This document shows, piece after piece, positions 38,880-52,332 of a stretch of 63,668 nt of DNA. The stretch is from Octopus bimaculoides (taxonomy: Eukaryota). Under the pieces are notes generated by a model that was not told the DNA's origin, did no database searches, and saw only the letters and a program-made list of their open reading frames with translations. Each line of letters opens with the position of its first letter. The first letter of the stretch is position 1. The stretch spans positions 66,131,881-66,195,548 of the forward strand of contig NC_068983.1 of assembly GCF_001194135.2 (NCBI RefSeq), in the 5' to 3' direction. The position numbers and the translations under genes were made by a program.

Positions 38880-39800
38880 GGCAATTCAAAATTCAAAAGT
38901 ATTTGACAGATAGAAGTACCATACACATTGCAACTAGTAAGAAAAAAATCTTCAGAATGTAGTTGCTAATTTTTCTGAACAAATCAGTACTAAGTTTATG
39001 AGTGATATATTAAATAAATCTCCAATAGCTAAGCATTTTCCATTCCGAAGTTTCCCCAGTTTGGTAAGTGCTGAATGCTGTCAAATAGTGAGTACTGTTT
39101 AGACACCAAACTTCTCATTATAAAACACAAACAAACCTGTATGTAACTCTACTAATGACTGCTTATAATGGCCACAACGTTTCCAGGTATTCTTCAAATT
39201 TGTCAAGTTTTCACAGAATCAGGCACTCACACCATCAATGAAGTGGACAAGAGTATCATCCTCCTATAACTCATGCAGAAGAAGAATCACTGGAAGATCA
39301 CACTATTTTAGTTAATGCAGTAATTTGTAGATGTATGCATAGGAGGAAAGACTATCTTTTGAAAAATCCATATTTCACAAACCTTAGCAAAAAATACATT
39401 CTAAGTATACCCAAGAATGGTCATTTGTTGGTCAAATTCTATATAGTTTCAATAACTGTATGCAATTGTGTTTTGTTGAGAAAAAATATTATACAGACTG
39501 ATATCTCCTTCTAAATTGTTGGTTTTCAGTTTGTAATTGACAATTGGAACCTTGGCAATAGTGACTGCAATAGTACCATATAGTTGCTTATTCTTGCACA
39601 GTTTCTGACCAAAATTCTCAATGATACATACACTGTAAAGATCATCAGTGGTTTTTGTAGTTACAAAATGCAAAGCAGATGTTGAGGTTACTGCTCTGAA
39701 TGCCAAATCCATTGCAGGAATATTCAAATGAACATAGATGACTTTCTGGATACATGAGACATTCCAAACCTTTAACTAACTTCTACTTGTCCTTCATAGG
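38880..39800 (-). pseudogene. TUT4/7: Processed pseudogene fragment of a TUT4/TUT7 (ZCCHC11/ZCCHC6)-type terminal uridylyltransferase, catalytic NTase plus PAP-associated domain
   Basis: Colinear motifs: LCSFEYSCNGFGIQSSNLNIC (family LxLFGSSxNGFGxxxSDLDIC), IIENFGQKL, AKVPIV, LEGDISLYN, ILGYT, AKVCEI, SLSSYAY, IDGVSA, QSLVELHTGLFVFY, KCLAIGDLF and RKISNYILK. Several stops and frameshifts, no intron-sized gaps. Confidence 0.88.
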
Positions 39801-39985
39801 ACCAATATCTTTTGGCTTTTGCAGGAGCTTTAAATATTTTTCCATCATAACGACCACAGCAATAACAGAGGTAGCTTCTCCTCAGGAGAGCTGTTATTCA
39901 TCTTCACTTATTTTCAGAAGAAAATTCAACACCAAGATTTAATGTTGGCAAAAATCATATGAAGCTTCTTCAGGCAGGAATTGTT

Positions 39986-40780
39986 GATGATATGAAATTA
40001 AAGCCTCTACTCAGGTATCACAATGAAAATTCAAGTACTTCCAAAGGTTGCTCAAAGATTAATCAACCACTGATTTAGTGTTCAAATAAAAAGTCATGGA
40101 TGACTAAAGGCCTTTATGAATAGTGGTTTACAAACAAATGTGTCCTGTTGTAGAAATGTACAATGATAAGCATATTTCTAACAAAGCATTGCTTCTTTTA
40201 AAAAATGCATCAAGCAATTTATTGCATTTAAATGAGCTTTCTGATCTGAGAGGTGTGATAGCTCACTCCAATGCATATTATTTAGGAAGATCTTTCAAAC
40301 AACATATGAAAGCAATTAGCAGAGAGGATAAACCTACAATAATGCAACATAATGGATTTTGTGGATAATATAGCTGAATCATGGGATGAAGTGAAGCCTT
40401 CAACTTTGAAATGTGCTTGGAAAAATAGATGGCCAGAGTATTCAAGTGACTTTACAAATGTTGTAGGGTTTCCAGAAGTTGTCGAAGATGGCAGTGTTGA
40501 GTTGATGGTATCCCATGGAGAAAATTTATCTCATAAGGAGCTGGTGTTGTTTGATCAAAAGTAAGTTGGGAATACAGATTAGAATACAGAAATTCAACCA
40601 ACTCCACTTAAATTGACAACAAAGAATATTGCTGAAGGGTTAGTATTTATAGAAGAAGGTCTGTAAGATTTTATTGATAATGACACTAACTATAAATGCA
40701 TCATAAAAATTACATGAGGATTTTACAATGAGTTACATTCCTCCACTGAGTTGTACAAAAAGATGATGTGCTATATACAT
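39986..40780 (+). mobile_element. Tigger/pogo (CENP-B-like DDE) transposase remnant
   Basis: DMKLKPLLRYHNEN...SNKKSWMTKGLYE*WF, KALLLLKNAS and IAESWDEVKPSTLKCAWKNRWP match Tigger KLKPLLVYHSENP, SNKKAWMT, KALLLLDNA and AWxEV...WKKLWP. No TIRs seen. Confidence 0.8.
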
Positions 40781-42551
40781 TAAACAATTTTGGATAAGGT
40801 CTTCCCCCATTCAAACAAATGTTAATGATGATGAAGTATAATATAGAGATATTGTCCCTCATCCTCCCAGTAACTCACATTCGACACATCTCTCAGACAG
40901 TAGTCAACATCTTTTGTGATAACAATGTAACTTGTTACAATTTTATGGGTTTATTTATTCCCTGACGTATTTCTCTTCAAATGTTTTTTTTTTTATGTAT
41001 ACATATTGTAGTATGCATGTTTAGAAATTGTTATTTTCATGTATAAAAGTGGTTGTCTTGTTTGTTTTTTGTCATTCATATTATTTCTTCATTTATTTTT
41101 TCGAAAAAATCTATCAGAATACATCTCAATTTATAACATGAAAATCATTAAGAAAATTGATATTGTAGTATTTCTCATTACATTGAAGTTTTCAGGAACA
41201 CATTACGCCCATAACACAAGGAATAATATGTGTGTGTGTGTGTGTGTGTAATGTATATGTGTGCATGTGCATGTAATATATATGTGTGTATGTATATGCA
41301 TGTATGTATATATATATATATATATNNNNNNNNNNNNNNNNNNNNNNNNNNNNNNNNNNNNNNNNNNNNNNNNNNNNNNNNNNNNNNNNNNNNNNNNNNN
41401 NNNNNNNNNNNNNNNNNNNNNNNNNNNNNNNNNNNNNNNNNNNNNNNNNNNNNNNNNNNNNNNNNNNNNNNNNNNNNNNNNNNNNNNNNNNNNNNNNNNN
41501 NNNNNNNNNNNNNNNNNNNNNNNNNNNNNNNNNNNNNNNNNNNNNNNNNNNNNNNNNNNNNNNNNNNNNNNNNNNNNNNNNNNNNNNNNNNNNNNNNNNN
41601 NNNNNNNNNNNNNNNNNNNNNNNNNNNNNNNNNNNNNNNNNNNNNNNNNNNNNNNNNNNNNNNNNNNNNNNNNNNNNNNNNNNNNNNNNNNNNNNNNNNN
41701 NNNNNNNNNNNNNNNNNNNNNNNNNNNNNNNNNNNNNNNNNNNNNNNNNNNNNNNNNNNNNNNNNNNNNNNNNNNNNNNNNNNNNNNNNNNNNNNNNNNN
41801 NNNNNNNATATATATATATATATATACACATTTACAGAAGGTATGTATAATTGAGTGTGTGCATCTATATATATTTAATATGATTTCTGGAGAGTCCTTA
41901 TTCCTAATTACATAGTTAAACATAGGTTATAAGAACAGATACACTCTTTGTTTGTAAGTCACTCCCACCTTCACACCCTCACTTCATTTTATTCTTTGCT
42001 TTCTTTTTATGTTTTTCACTATCTTACTTCTTTGCATCTATTTCTATATCTTTTTCCTTCCTTTCTTTTTACAAGCTAGCTGTAAGCAGCCTCTACATCC
42101 ATCATCATCATTTGAAGGAATTGCTGCTTCCTTGCACACTGTTGTTTCCATGACAACTACATCAAGTTAAAAGCTACTAGAAGGAAGACAGTGTATATTA
42201 TTATCTTCCACCATCTTTAGCACCAATTGTTTTTCTTTTCCCCACCTGTTCACTTCTGTTTAATTCATCACCCACGTCTCAGCAAAGCAAAATCTCAGCA
42301 AGGTTTCAATATATTTGTTACAACTAAAATATATTTTGTTACATCTGATATATGTCTTCTCTTCTCTAACTGATTTCATTCATTTAACTGTGACCATGCA
42401 GCAATACCGTCTTTAACAGTTTTAGTTATATCAACCTTAGTGCATAGTCTGGTCTTTATTTTATCAATCTCTATTTATAGAATGGTTAAGTCCATTTGAA
42501 TCATGTACCTGTAGAGAGTTACTTTCCCTTCAAGAACACAAATAAAGAATA

Positions 42552-42974
42552 GGCGTAGGAGTGGCTGTGTGGTAAGTAGCTTGCTTACCAGCCACATGGT
42601 TCCAGGTTCAGTCCCACTGCGTGGCAGCTTAGGCAAGTGTCTTCTACTATAGCCTCGGGCCGACCAAAGCCTTGTGAGTGGATTTGGTAGATGGAAACTG
42701 AAAGAAGCCCGTCGTATATATGTATATATATATATATAAATATTTATGTGTGTGTATATGTTTGTGTGTCTGTGTTTGTCCCCCCAACATCGCTTGACAA
42801 CTGATGCTGGTGTGTTTACATCCCCGTAACTTAGCGGTTCGGCAAAAGAGACTGATAGAATAAGTACTAGGCTTACAAAGAATAAGTCCTGGGGTCGATT
42901 AGCTTTACTAAAAGGCGGTGCTCCAGCATGGTCACAGTCAAATGACTGAAACAAGTAAAAGAGTAAAAGAGTAA
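42552..42974 (+). mobile_element. Near full-length tRNA-derived SINE, best-preserved copy in the window
   Basis: A-box-like TGGCTGTGTGG (42562-42572), B-box-like GGTTCAGTCCC (42605-42615), internal TA/TG microsatellite and an (aagagta) tail. Many partial homologues in the window. Confidence 0.9.
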
Positions 42975-43007
42975 TATATTTATATCAGTATTCTCATACA
43001 CATACAC

Positions 43008-43039
<32 letters not shown>

Positions 43040-43463
43040 ACACACACACATACAACACCACACCACACACACATATGCACACATGATTTCTGTCTACTAA
43101 ATTTGCCTACAAATATTTGGTCAACCCAAGTCTATGGAAGAGGACGTTTACCCAAAATAGAGCACAGTGGAATCAGGTCAGAACCTTATGGTTGTGAAGT
43201 GAACTTCTTGATAAAGCACATCCATGCTTGTGCCCCTATATCAATATATATTTTTATGTATATTATTATATACCAATATATGTTATATATATCATTATAT
43301 ATCTTATATTTTAGTATATGGTATAGAATAGGGTTAATTTAGATAGATGGTACAAAAAATATGTAACCAAGAAGAAGAGCTTCCATTTAGAAATTTAGGA
43401 GGACTTTATGTGGGTAAAGTGTTTTATATAGGTATGCTACAACTGGAAGTGGCCATTATGGAC

Positions 43464-43510
<47 letters not shown>

Positions 43511-43584
43511 NNNNNNNNNNNNNNNNNNNNNNNNNNNNNNNNNNNNNNNNNNNNNNNNNNNNNNNNNNNNNNNNNNNNNNNNNN

Positions 43585-44741
43585 CTCCTTCATTTTCTAC
43601 AATGCACTTCCATCTATCTGGTAAACTTGCAAGACTCCTTTTCCAAAATTCACTCGTCAGTGATGAAAAATACTCCTCTACTACTGTTCAGACCTCGTCT
43701 ACAGAATTCATATTTTTACCATCCAAAGGATTTTGAAGACTGCGGAATAAATGATAATCAAATGGGGAGTTGTCCGGTGAATATGGTGTGTGGGGCATCA
43801 TTTCCCATTCAAACTTTCATATGTCATCCTTACTGTATGTAGCTGAACATTATCCAAATGGAAGAACACCTTTTGCCTTGAAACCAGAGATGGTTGTTTT
43901 CCTTCTAGCACTAACTTAAGTTACTCAGGCTGCTTGCAATAGATCTTCTTTGTTATCGTTCGGTTTGAGTTTAAAAAGTTCAAAGTGGACTAAAGTTTTC
44001 ATATCAGATAATAACACCTTTCGTGGGTGAAGACCTTCTTTAGCCTGGGGTGCCGGTGTTTCTTCTTTCCCTGTCCACTGTCTTCAGTGCTTGACATTTT
44101 TATAGAGAACCATTTTTCATTACCAGTCACTATTCAGTCCAAAAAAGGTTCGTTTGTGAGACATGACAGCAAAAGAAGTCCACACATTCACTCTCTGCAT
44201 GCGATTAGACATGGAAAATTTGTGAAGAACCCATTGATCAAATTTACTGACTTTCCCAATGGTTGAATGACCAAATCAAAGCTTCGCAACTAATTCCTCA
44301 ACAGTTATAAGGGGATTTTCTTCTACGAGGATTTACAGGACATCCCCGTTGAGTTCTACAGATCTTCCAGAATGAGCTGATCTTCTAGGCGGTAGTTTCT
44401 TGCTCAGAATTTCTGGAACCACTGTTGACACTAGCTTACACTTATTGTCCAATCTCCATATACTGCATGAATATTCCTTGCACTTTCCATTGTGTTGTTG
44501 TCTTTATTGAATTCATAAAGCAAAATATGTCGAATATGCTCGTTTGTCACTTCAATTGTAGCTTTGAAAAAAAAATAACTGTTAAAATCGAACTACACTC
44601 TTCAAAACTTGCACTAAGAACAAGTAAAGGTAAAATTACTACCTACTTTTATAGCAAATTGATGAAGGTAGTTTATCCCATTTCCCTTCGACTTTTAATT
44701 CATGCAATTGAAAAAATCACATTATTTATGGGAGGACCTAA
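43585..44741 (-). mobile_element. mariner family A, third copy, near full length, decayed
   Basis: Left TIR at 44718-44741 (21/24 to the 3583 TIR) plus TA. Colinear with both halves at 3583-4264 and 10921-11585; reads IVTGNEKW. The right end runs into a gap. Confidence 0.9.
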
Positions 44742-44764
44742 TATATATGTATGTGTGTATATAT

Positions 44765-44915
44765 ATATATATGGGGGAATTCACGAAAAAACAACAGACG
44801 AAGGCAAGTGGTGTAAACAACAAATGGATGTATTAGTATAACACTCGGGAATAGAGAAAGTCTTTAACGTTTCGAGCGTACGCTCTTCAACAGAAAGGAA
44901 CACAGAAAGAAACAA
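44765..44915 (-). mobile_element. Penelope-like terminal repeat with a minimal hammerhead-like motif at 44862-44897
   Basis: Minus strand CUUU CUGUUGA A GAGC-GUAC-GCUC GAAA C GUU AAAG. Confidence 0.55.
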
Positions 44916-47754
44916 GGAGATGATGATATATATATATTTTCATACATATACATATATTTATATATGCATGCATACACACACACATCTCATATGCCTACTC
45001 CACACCTTATTTCTCTCTTGACCTAGCTGTTGCTGTTGTTATTCAGTCCCAAGTCAATACTAATCAAGCTGATCTGTCATGAAAGGTTTTCTAACTGTGA
45101 CCATCCCATTTTCTTGGATGCATGTAAGACTATATTTTCTAATGTGTCATTTCATTATTTTATTAGATGGGATGCAATTTTGAGCAAGCTCTGTCCACTC
45201 AATGTAGCAGATCAAGCAAGTGGTGTGACATAGATGCAGGCAAAGCTTTGTGAGTTTGCCTTACAATTGTTTCTAAGTTCAATACCTCTGCATGGTGCCT
45301 TGAGTCAGAGCTGCTTTAATAGTATTATAGTACAGAACAGTCAATCATTACTTGTGAGCAAAAGTGTTTTTCTAACATGTACTATGCTTTTGCTAATTAT
45401 TATTAGTCTAATAATTATTAGAGAGAGACCCTCTTGACCTCAGCACTCATAGAATAGCAGCATACCCAGTGTGTGACAACTAGAGGGAGACTGAATAGCA
45501 TCAGCAATCAGCTAATATTCATTCCAGTTGAGTAAACTGGAGCAGCATAAAATGAAGTGACTTCCTCAAGATGTGTTACCCAATCCAGGCCTTGAACCCT
45601 TGACCTTGTGATTATGCAACAAACACCCAGACCATTAGGTCACACATCTTAGATTATTGGACAAAGCAATGCACTAAGGTTCTTACATACACATTCACAG
45701 CATACACAGTTTAGTATTGGATCCCTAGATCCATGAGCACCCAGAAACTGTTCAGTGTACCTATACCTTAAGACAACACTATTTGGAGGAAACCTTTTCT
45801 AATGTAGGCAAGAACATAGCTGATGAAGTAGTTTAAGGTATTTTAATTAATATTATAGCTTTGGTAATGAGGACAATCATTATCTAATAACTAATTCTTA
45901 TAAAAGAAGCAAAATGTTGATTAACAAAAATTAATTGAGCATAGAATACAAGACAGAGGCATCAATGTTCATTCATGAATTAACGCCACTTAACGTTCTA
46001 AAAGCTAACAATCATCTTTAGGCTATGCTTTATGATGAGGTCTAATACTATTGAAGCATGTCTGGAGTTGTTCCTATGATAATAAAGATCAAACACACTC
46101 CCTACACCTCATTCAGTATTTTATTCATTTTAATTAATTAAAATTTGGGATTGTCTTCCTTTAATTGAATTAGTCACTTAGAAAATGATTTTTATCATTA
46201 TTAAGATTGTACTTTTAAATAATTAATCACTAGTACTCTCATTACACTATTCAGTTTTTATGCTGCTTATGGGTGTGCTACTATGCTATGAATGCTGAGG
46301 CCAAGAGGGTCTCTTTACCTGTTTGTAACTAACAATTATTCGACTAATAATAATTAGCAAAAGCATAGTGCATGTTAGCAGGCATTCCTAGATATTTTTC
46401 CAATATGTTTTTTAACATATTATACCATTCTGTGTTTAGTCACACAAAAGCTGTGTATCTCTAATTGTCCTAGAATTTACTAGTCACACTCAGACTAAGA
46501 TTTGGTTATTAGATCTAAGAAAACCAAAACATCTCTGAAGCTTTCATTATATTGCTAACAATGGAAATCCCTCTTCACTGCATCACTAATTATCAGTTTC
46601 TTTTGCTGTCAATAGAATTATTTTTTTGTCACTTTATATTAACTAATGTCTTATGAAATGAAATTTTGCAAGTGGAAACTGTGCTGAACCATCCCATATT
46701 GGCCTTTATATTGTTTACTGTATGTATGTATGTATTTATGTATGTATGTATGTATGTATGTATGTATGTATGTATGTATGTATGTGTATATGTATTTTCT
46801 GGTGTGTTTTTATGACTGTGTTTATGTTTACTGGTGTTAATTTGTGCATCAGGTAACATCCATTTATGTCAAATTTATCTCAAACTGGTAGCTTAGCCAA
46901 TCAGTAAAATTGGATGTGATAAAAAAAAAAGGCACAAGTTTGAAATCAGTATGGGGTCAATATGATCAGCACAACACTCTTGAAGACAGGGCCCCAGTAT
47001 GGCCACAGTTCAATGATAAACAATGTGGTAGCTTTAATAGACTGGCTTTATTAGAATGGCTTTGAGAATCAGCAGAGAATTTGTAAATTTTATAATGCCT
47101 ATGTAGAAGTACCTAGGTTTTGTGATCAATGTATTGAAATTGAAACTTGTAATTTTGATAATATTCTGTTTGAGATATAGTACTGTTATAGTGTAAAACA
47201 TTTCTCTCGTCAGCCTATTTAGTTAAATCTATATATCAATGGCAGAAACAAATATAAAACCATATTAGGATCCACATGCCAGTTTGCAATAAAATTTAAT
47301 CTTCTTTGAGAATCATCACTTTTTGCTTTTCAAAAATGCTAAGAAAGTTTCCATATTCTAGAGATTCTTCCTTTCTAGTTCATAAAGTGAACCAAATTGA
47401 AGGTTAGAATAGTCAAACATATGTGAATATTACTGACATTTAACAGTATTTGCTGTTAATGTTTAGAATTTATCAGTGTCATTAATGTCAATATCTAAAA
47501 CAAATTCCTGCAAATCTATTGACTAATCTACATTATTATCAGTTATACCATCCCATGTGTAATACTATTTTGTTTAATAATTAATGGCAAAGCTGAAAGG
47601 ATTTTTGAACATTATCTATCTCATTTCTACACTTTAGTTAAGATTGATGTAGACATATTAAATGTTCAGCATTATAACATCTTCAATATCATCACTATCA
47701 TCATCATCACGATCTAATATTATCATCATACTCACTATCAGCCTCATTATCATC

Positions 47755-48160
47755 ATTATTTTAACATCTGTTTCCTGTGCTGGTGTAAGTTACATGGGTA
47801 GCTGCATAGCATATTGCCACATGTTTCAATCATTTTGCCTGTAAATCCCAACATCCTGATACTACTACCTGTTCCAATATGTTTTTCCATCTTCCTTTGT
47901 TACATCATCCATTCTAAAGCAGTCATCTCTCCTTCATCTATTGCCTCTCATGCCTTTAATATACATTCACTCCCTCAGCTCAGTTGTATTTTGCTCTTTA
48001 TATAAGTTAAAACTGTATCCCAAATAAGTCAAACCTGATTGACTTCTCTTCAGCTTCTGCTGTTCTTTTGCACTTAGCATCCATATCTCATTATCAATTA
48101 GCATCACATCATAGAATCTGGTTTTCTCATGGAGAAGAAAGCACTTTGATTCCACAGAGA
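47755..48160 (-). mobile_element. Degraded RTE C-terminus and tail
   Basis: EIWMLSAKEQQKLKRSQ...QNTTELRE resembles RTE ETWxLxKxxExKL...NxELR. RTE-type terminus at about 47758. Confidence 0.55.
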
Positions 48161-49038
48161 TAATAGTTCTTTGGACTTCTTCCCACCTTTCTTACTCTAT
48201 TACGCTATCGCTAGAACTATGTCTAACATGAATTATATAAACTTAAGTAAACAGAATTGAAATATCTATCAGCTAATTACATATTATAGTTTAATATATG
48301 TATAACAGTGAGTTGGGAGAGACATTATCTAATTCCAGATGAAATCTCTTGCAAGATTTAGTTTTCTTCCTCTGCATATTGAATTCAAATCCCACCAGTA
48401 CCAGTTCTGAAATTTATTCAACTAGCATTGTCAAAATAATACCAGTAATATATCAAGTCTGATTCAAATGAATCTTTTAACAACTAAATTTCTCATGATG
48501 TGCACCTAGTTGAGAAGGCTTGTGAGTGATGAGTTTATCATATAATCGACTGTTGTGCACTAATCATTGCAAGTAGTAACCAGAACTAGAGATTGGATCC
48601 AATTGCAAGACAAGTTGAGATGGTGGAATTGTGTTGCCAGAATAAATAATGGAATAACTTTTCCAGCCCACAAAAGGTTTTACTGAAGTAACACCAACTA
48701 ATCACTTATCAGTACTGTTACCTTCAGAAATAGCAAGTTCTTCCTGTTGTATGATACCTATGTTCAGTTAGGACTGACAGTCATGGACAGGATATAAACC
48801 ACTGACTGCTTCTCAGGTTTTCTGTTCACTATAAAATCCCCTATCCTCACTCTCTATAAACATGTCCTTCACAGGCATTAAGAAAAATCACAATTCTTAT
48901 ATGACACAGGAAATTTTTTTTTTTTTTCCAATAAAATGTTCTTAGTTTTCTCCAGTTATATTTTCTTTGTTTTATTGTTAGAATATTAATGAATTGTATT
49001 TGCTTTGCTAAGCTGCACATACAGATTCTGTTATTCTC

Positions 49039-49087
<49 letters not shown>

Positions 49088-50251
49088 NNNNNNNNNNNNN
49101 NNNNNNNNNNNNNNNNNNNNNNNNNNNNNNNNNNNNNNTCTCTCTCTCTCTCTCTCTCTCTGCCGGATTGCTTGAATTGCATAATTCAAGCAATTAATCT
49201 GGCATAAATCAGACGCTGAAAGTTGTCAAAAATCAGTTTGTTCACTTTGAGTGTAATGTGTGAAAAGCTGTGCTAAAATACCTAAGGCCTGTAGTAAAAA
49301 CTCAAAGTAGTGTAAACAGAGCTTTAAATAGATGCTAGCTAATTTCAATGATCTCCACTCATGCAGCATACTTATATTATAACAGCTCTTACTATTCCTT
49401 TTATCTTTTTCCTCTGGCTTTCCATGTATAATTTATAACTTTCTTATCTGTTTGTCTTCTCTCAATCTAGTTTTGTTGTCTTGCACTCAGTGTTCTGTTG
49501 ATTTATGGACAGAAGAATCAGTGGAATGCACACATTAGACAATAGCCTTATTTCAATACAATCTGGCTTAGTTAGTAAATTCTTTACCAAAAATAACAAA
49601 ATAACTACTGCTTTCTTCTCATTTCTAATTTCTGTTAATAATTGTCTAAAAATAACAAATGTATCCCTTTGCGTGCAACACGTCTATGGCAATTGTAAAC
49701 AAAGAGGGTTTTAAAACAACCTTATTCTGTTCATAGCTTGGAGACAAAGGAGCCTTTCATTTAGAAGGAAGTATCATTAAAGAGTTGAAATTCATGCCAT
49801 TATTCTTGATAATTGCTCATACACATAGGAATAGAAAATTCTAGAATCTTGTTATACTGGGAAGAATTCTGCTAATAATTGTCTAATATTGTTATAATAT
49901 AAGTATGTTGCATGAGTGGAGATCACTGAAATTCTGCTGCTGCTACTGCAGGAGTGTCCACTTGAAATAGGAGAGGATTTGACAGACAAGGATTTGTTTT
50001 CTTATTTTTAATTCTATATGAGATGTAACACTCTAATCCAATAATAAATCACCTGATGTTAGTTACAGCTGTGGTATCATTTATTTTTTTTATTTTATAT
50101 CACTTTTGTGAATACCATTGTTGGTTACAAGTTTTCAGTGGACAAAACACTGGTTCCTTACATTTACAATAGTGATAATAATAAAAGATTGCCTGTTTAG
50201 CTCAGGCAGAACAAATACTATGTGACATCATTTGAAATTGCCAGTTCATAC

Positions 50252-50413
50252 GTTTTCTGGTCAATGGCTGCATCCTTCACTGATATACACATACATACAC
50301 AGTAGAATTCTGTACAGGTTCCATTAACTAAATTCTTCTTACAAAGAATTGGTCTATCCAAAATTATAGTATAAGATATTTGTCCAAGAGTGTACTTTGC
50401 ATTGGAATCAAAC
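50252..50413 (-). other. Candidate 162-nt phase-2/phase-2 exon in non-repetitive sequence
   Basis: Acceptor attctgtgttctag, open frame FDSNAKYTLGQISYTIILDRPILCKKNLVNGTCTEFYCVCMCISVKDAAIDQK, donor AC|GTATGA. An internal GTAAGA donor lies at 50342. No family recognised. Confidence 0.2.
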
Positions 50414-52230
50414 CTAGAACACAGAATTGCCAATCAAACATAAGCACAAAATTATAGATTTTATTCAAGGACACAGCTGATTAATTTGATCCCACCCCTA
50501 TATAACATGTATTTCATACCTTCCAGAAGGATGAAAGCAGAGTCGAGCCAGGTGGGGTTTGAACATAGATTGGAAAGGGACATAACTAAACACATGAATA
50601 GCAGTTTGACTTTTTCTAATTCACCATGTTTATAATATTGAGTTGAATGCAACGTTCTATTCCTCACCAAGAATGCTTCTAGTAATAAGAAAAGAATTGT
50701 TGAATGAAGATATGCTTAGGCAATTATAGTTCAAGAAGAAGTAACTAAGATGGAACAAGGACTAACTGACAAGAAATTGATGTAGATGTTTAGTCCAAGG
50801 CTAACCCTAACTGAGTAGACCTATCATTTGTTACTACAATGACCATTCTGTCTCTTTGGGAAGAATTAGAAATATTACACAGTTCCATGAAGTTTCTAGA
50901 TTATTTGCAATATTTTTTTTTTTGTAGACAAAACAATAAGTCACATGATCCAATGAGAGAGCCTACATGTGGTCATTTAACCAGCTAAAAGTAGCAGCTA
51001 TATTCCTTGAGAATTATAAATTAGGAAGTGTGCTTTAAGATATACATTGAAAGAAAAATGAGATATTCAAGGCTGAAATGCTTTGAATCAGAGGTTTATT
51101 TGATTAGGGCTGAATCAAGGTTAATGAACACCCTAAATAAGTTGAGCCACATGTTAACCCAAAAACTAGATGTCTAAAATCATAAACCTAGTGTTTAACA
51201 TGATGTTTAGTGTTTGTAATAAAAGAAGAAATATTGCCTCTGAGCTCCTAAAGGGATTTTTGGAGTTTAGTTTTGGATGTTAAAGCCCAATCTTGTAGCA
51301 TTAAACAAATAAGAATAAAATCTAAATTTCCATTCAAATAAACCACTGCTCTATTGCATATTGTTCTGGTTTAGTTCTGGGTCAGTTTTGATCAAACAGA
51401 TCTATAATCAAAGACATTCCAACAGTGACCATCCTATATTTTTATATATTTAGTACCACCTTATATATCTTCCTTTTCTCAGACGGTAAGATGTATTTGA
51501 AAGAGATTAGGCTACTATTTCTAGCAAGTCAAACAATCTAATAGTGGCACCAACATTAGTTAGTTTAATACAGTAACACTTTCAAATGATCTGGTACCTA
51601 TTTCTGAGGAACTGTTGTACATTTATCTCAGGTAATTGCATCACACTGAATACATTGCCTGTAATTTCATCACCTGGTAATTAAATTGCAAGGTAATTAC
51701 ATTACAAGGCTACATATATTGTTGGTAAATTCATTCATCATCAAGGTAAATACATCATTGGCAAATTCATCAGAGTAAATACATCGTTAAACTTGAAAAA
51801 GGAAAATTCAAGAATTAGGTAATATTCAAATAGCAGAAAATCCACATCACAAAGGGAAATAACGATAGTGCAGTGAAGATGCAAGGTACAATCATTGAAT
51901 GTCAAAATCGTAAAAATGGATAATTTATGAGAGATTACTTTGAAATTTCTCTTTTTAGAATATTTCTTCCAACATCCAATTTAAAATAGTGTTATCTTTT
52001 CACTGCATTATTTTGTAATTTTACTTTTAAGTTTTATTTTGTTTGATTATTCATGTATATATTGAGTAAATTTCTTATTAATAACATTTTATCTATGAAT
52101 TTCTTTCTAATTTTTAATGAAATGCAACATGTTTACTTGCCAATAAAATCTTTAAATGAAATTTAGCAATGTGTATATATATATATATACATATATGTGT
52201 ATGTGTGTGTGTGTATGTATGTATATATAT

Positions 52231-52284
<54 letters not shown>

Positions 52285-52294
52285 NNNNNNNNNN

Positions 52295-52332
<38 letters not shown>

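Noticed and set aside
39681-39692. Idea that A-to-I editing could restore the TUT copy (AAC to GAC would turn SNLN into SDLD; TGA/TAG to TGG)
   Set aside because: Several frameshifts, TAA stops and many non-A/G substitutions cannot plausibly be repaired by editing. Simple decay explains the pattern.
42552-42625. tRNA gene call for SINE heads
   Set aside because: A/B boxes are present but there is no complete cloverleaf, and the sequence continues into a SINE body repeated many times in the window.
51483-51485. Apparent 3-nt microexon (ttttctcag|ACG|gtaaga)
   Set aside because: It lies in a SINE-like tail whose ggctactattt(c/a)ctagcaa segment recurs at about 23340, so the splice-like words are probably repeat-derived.
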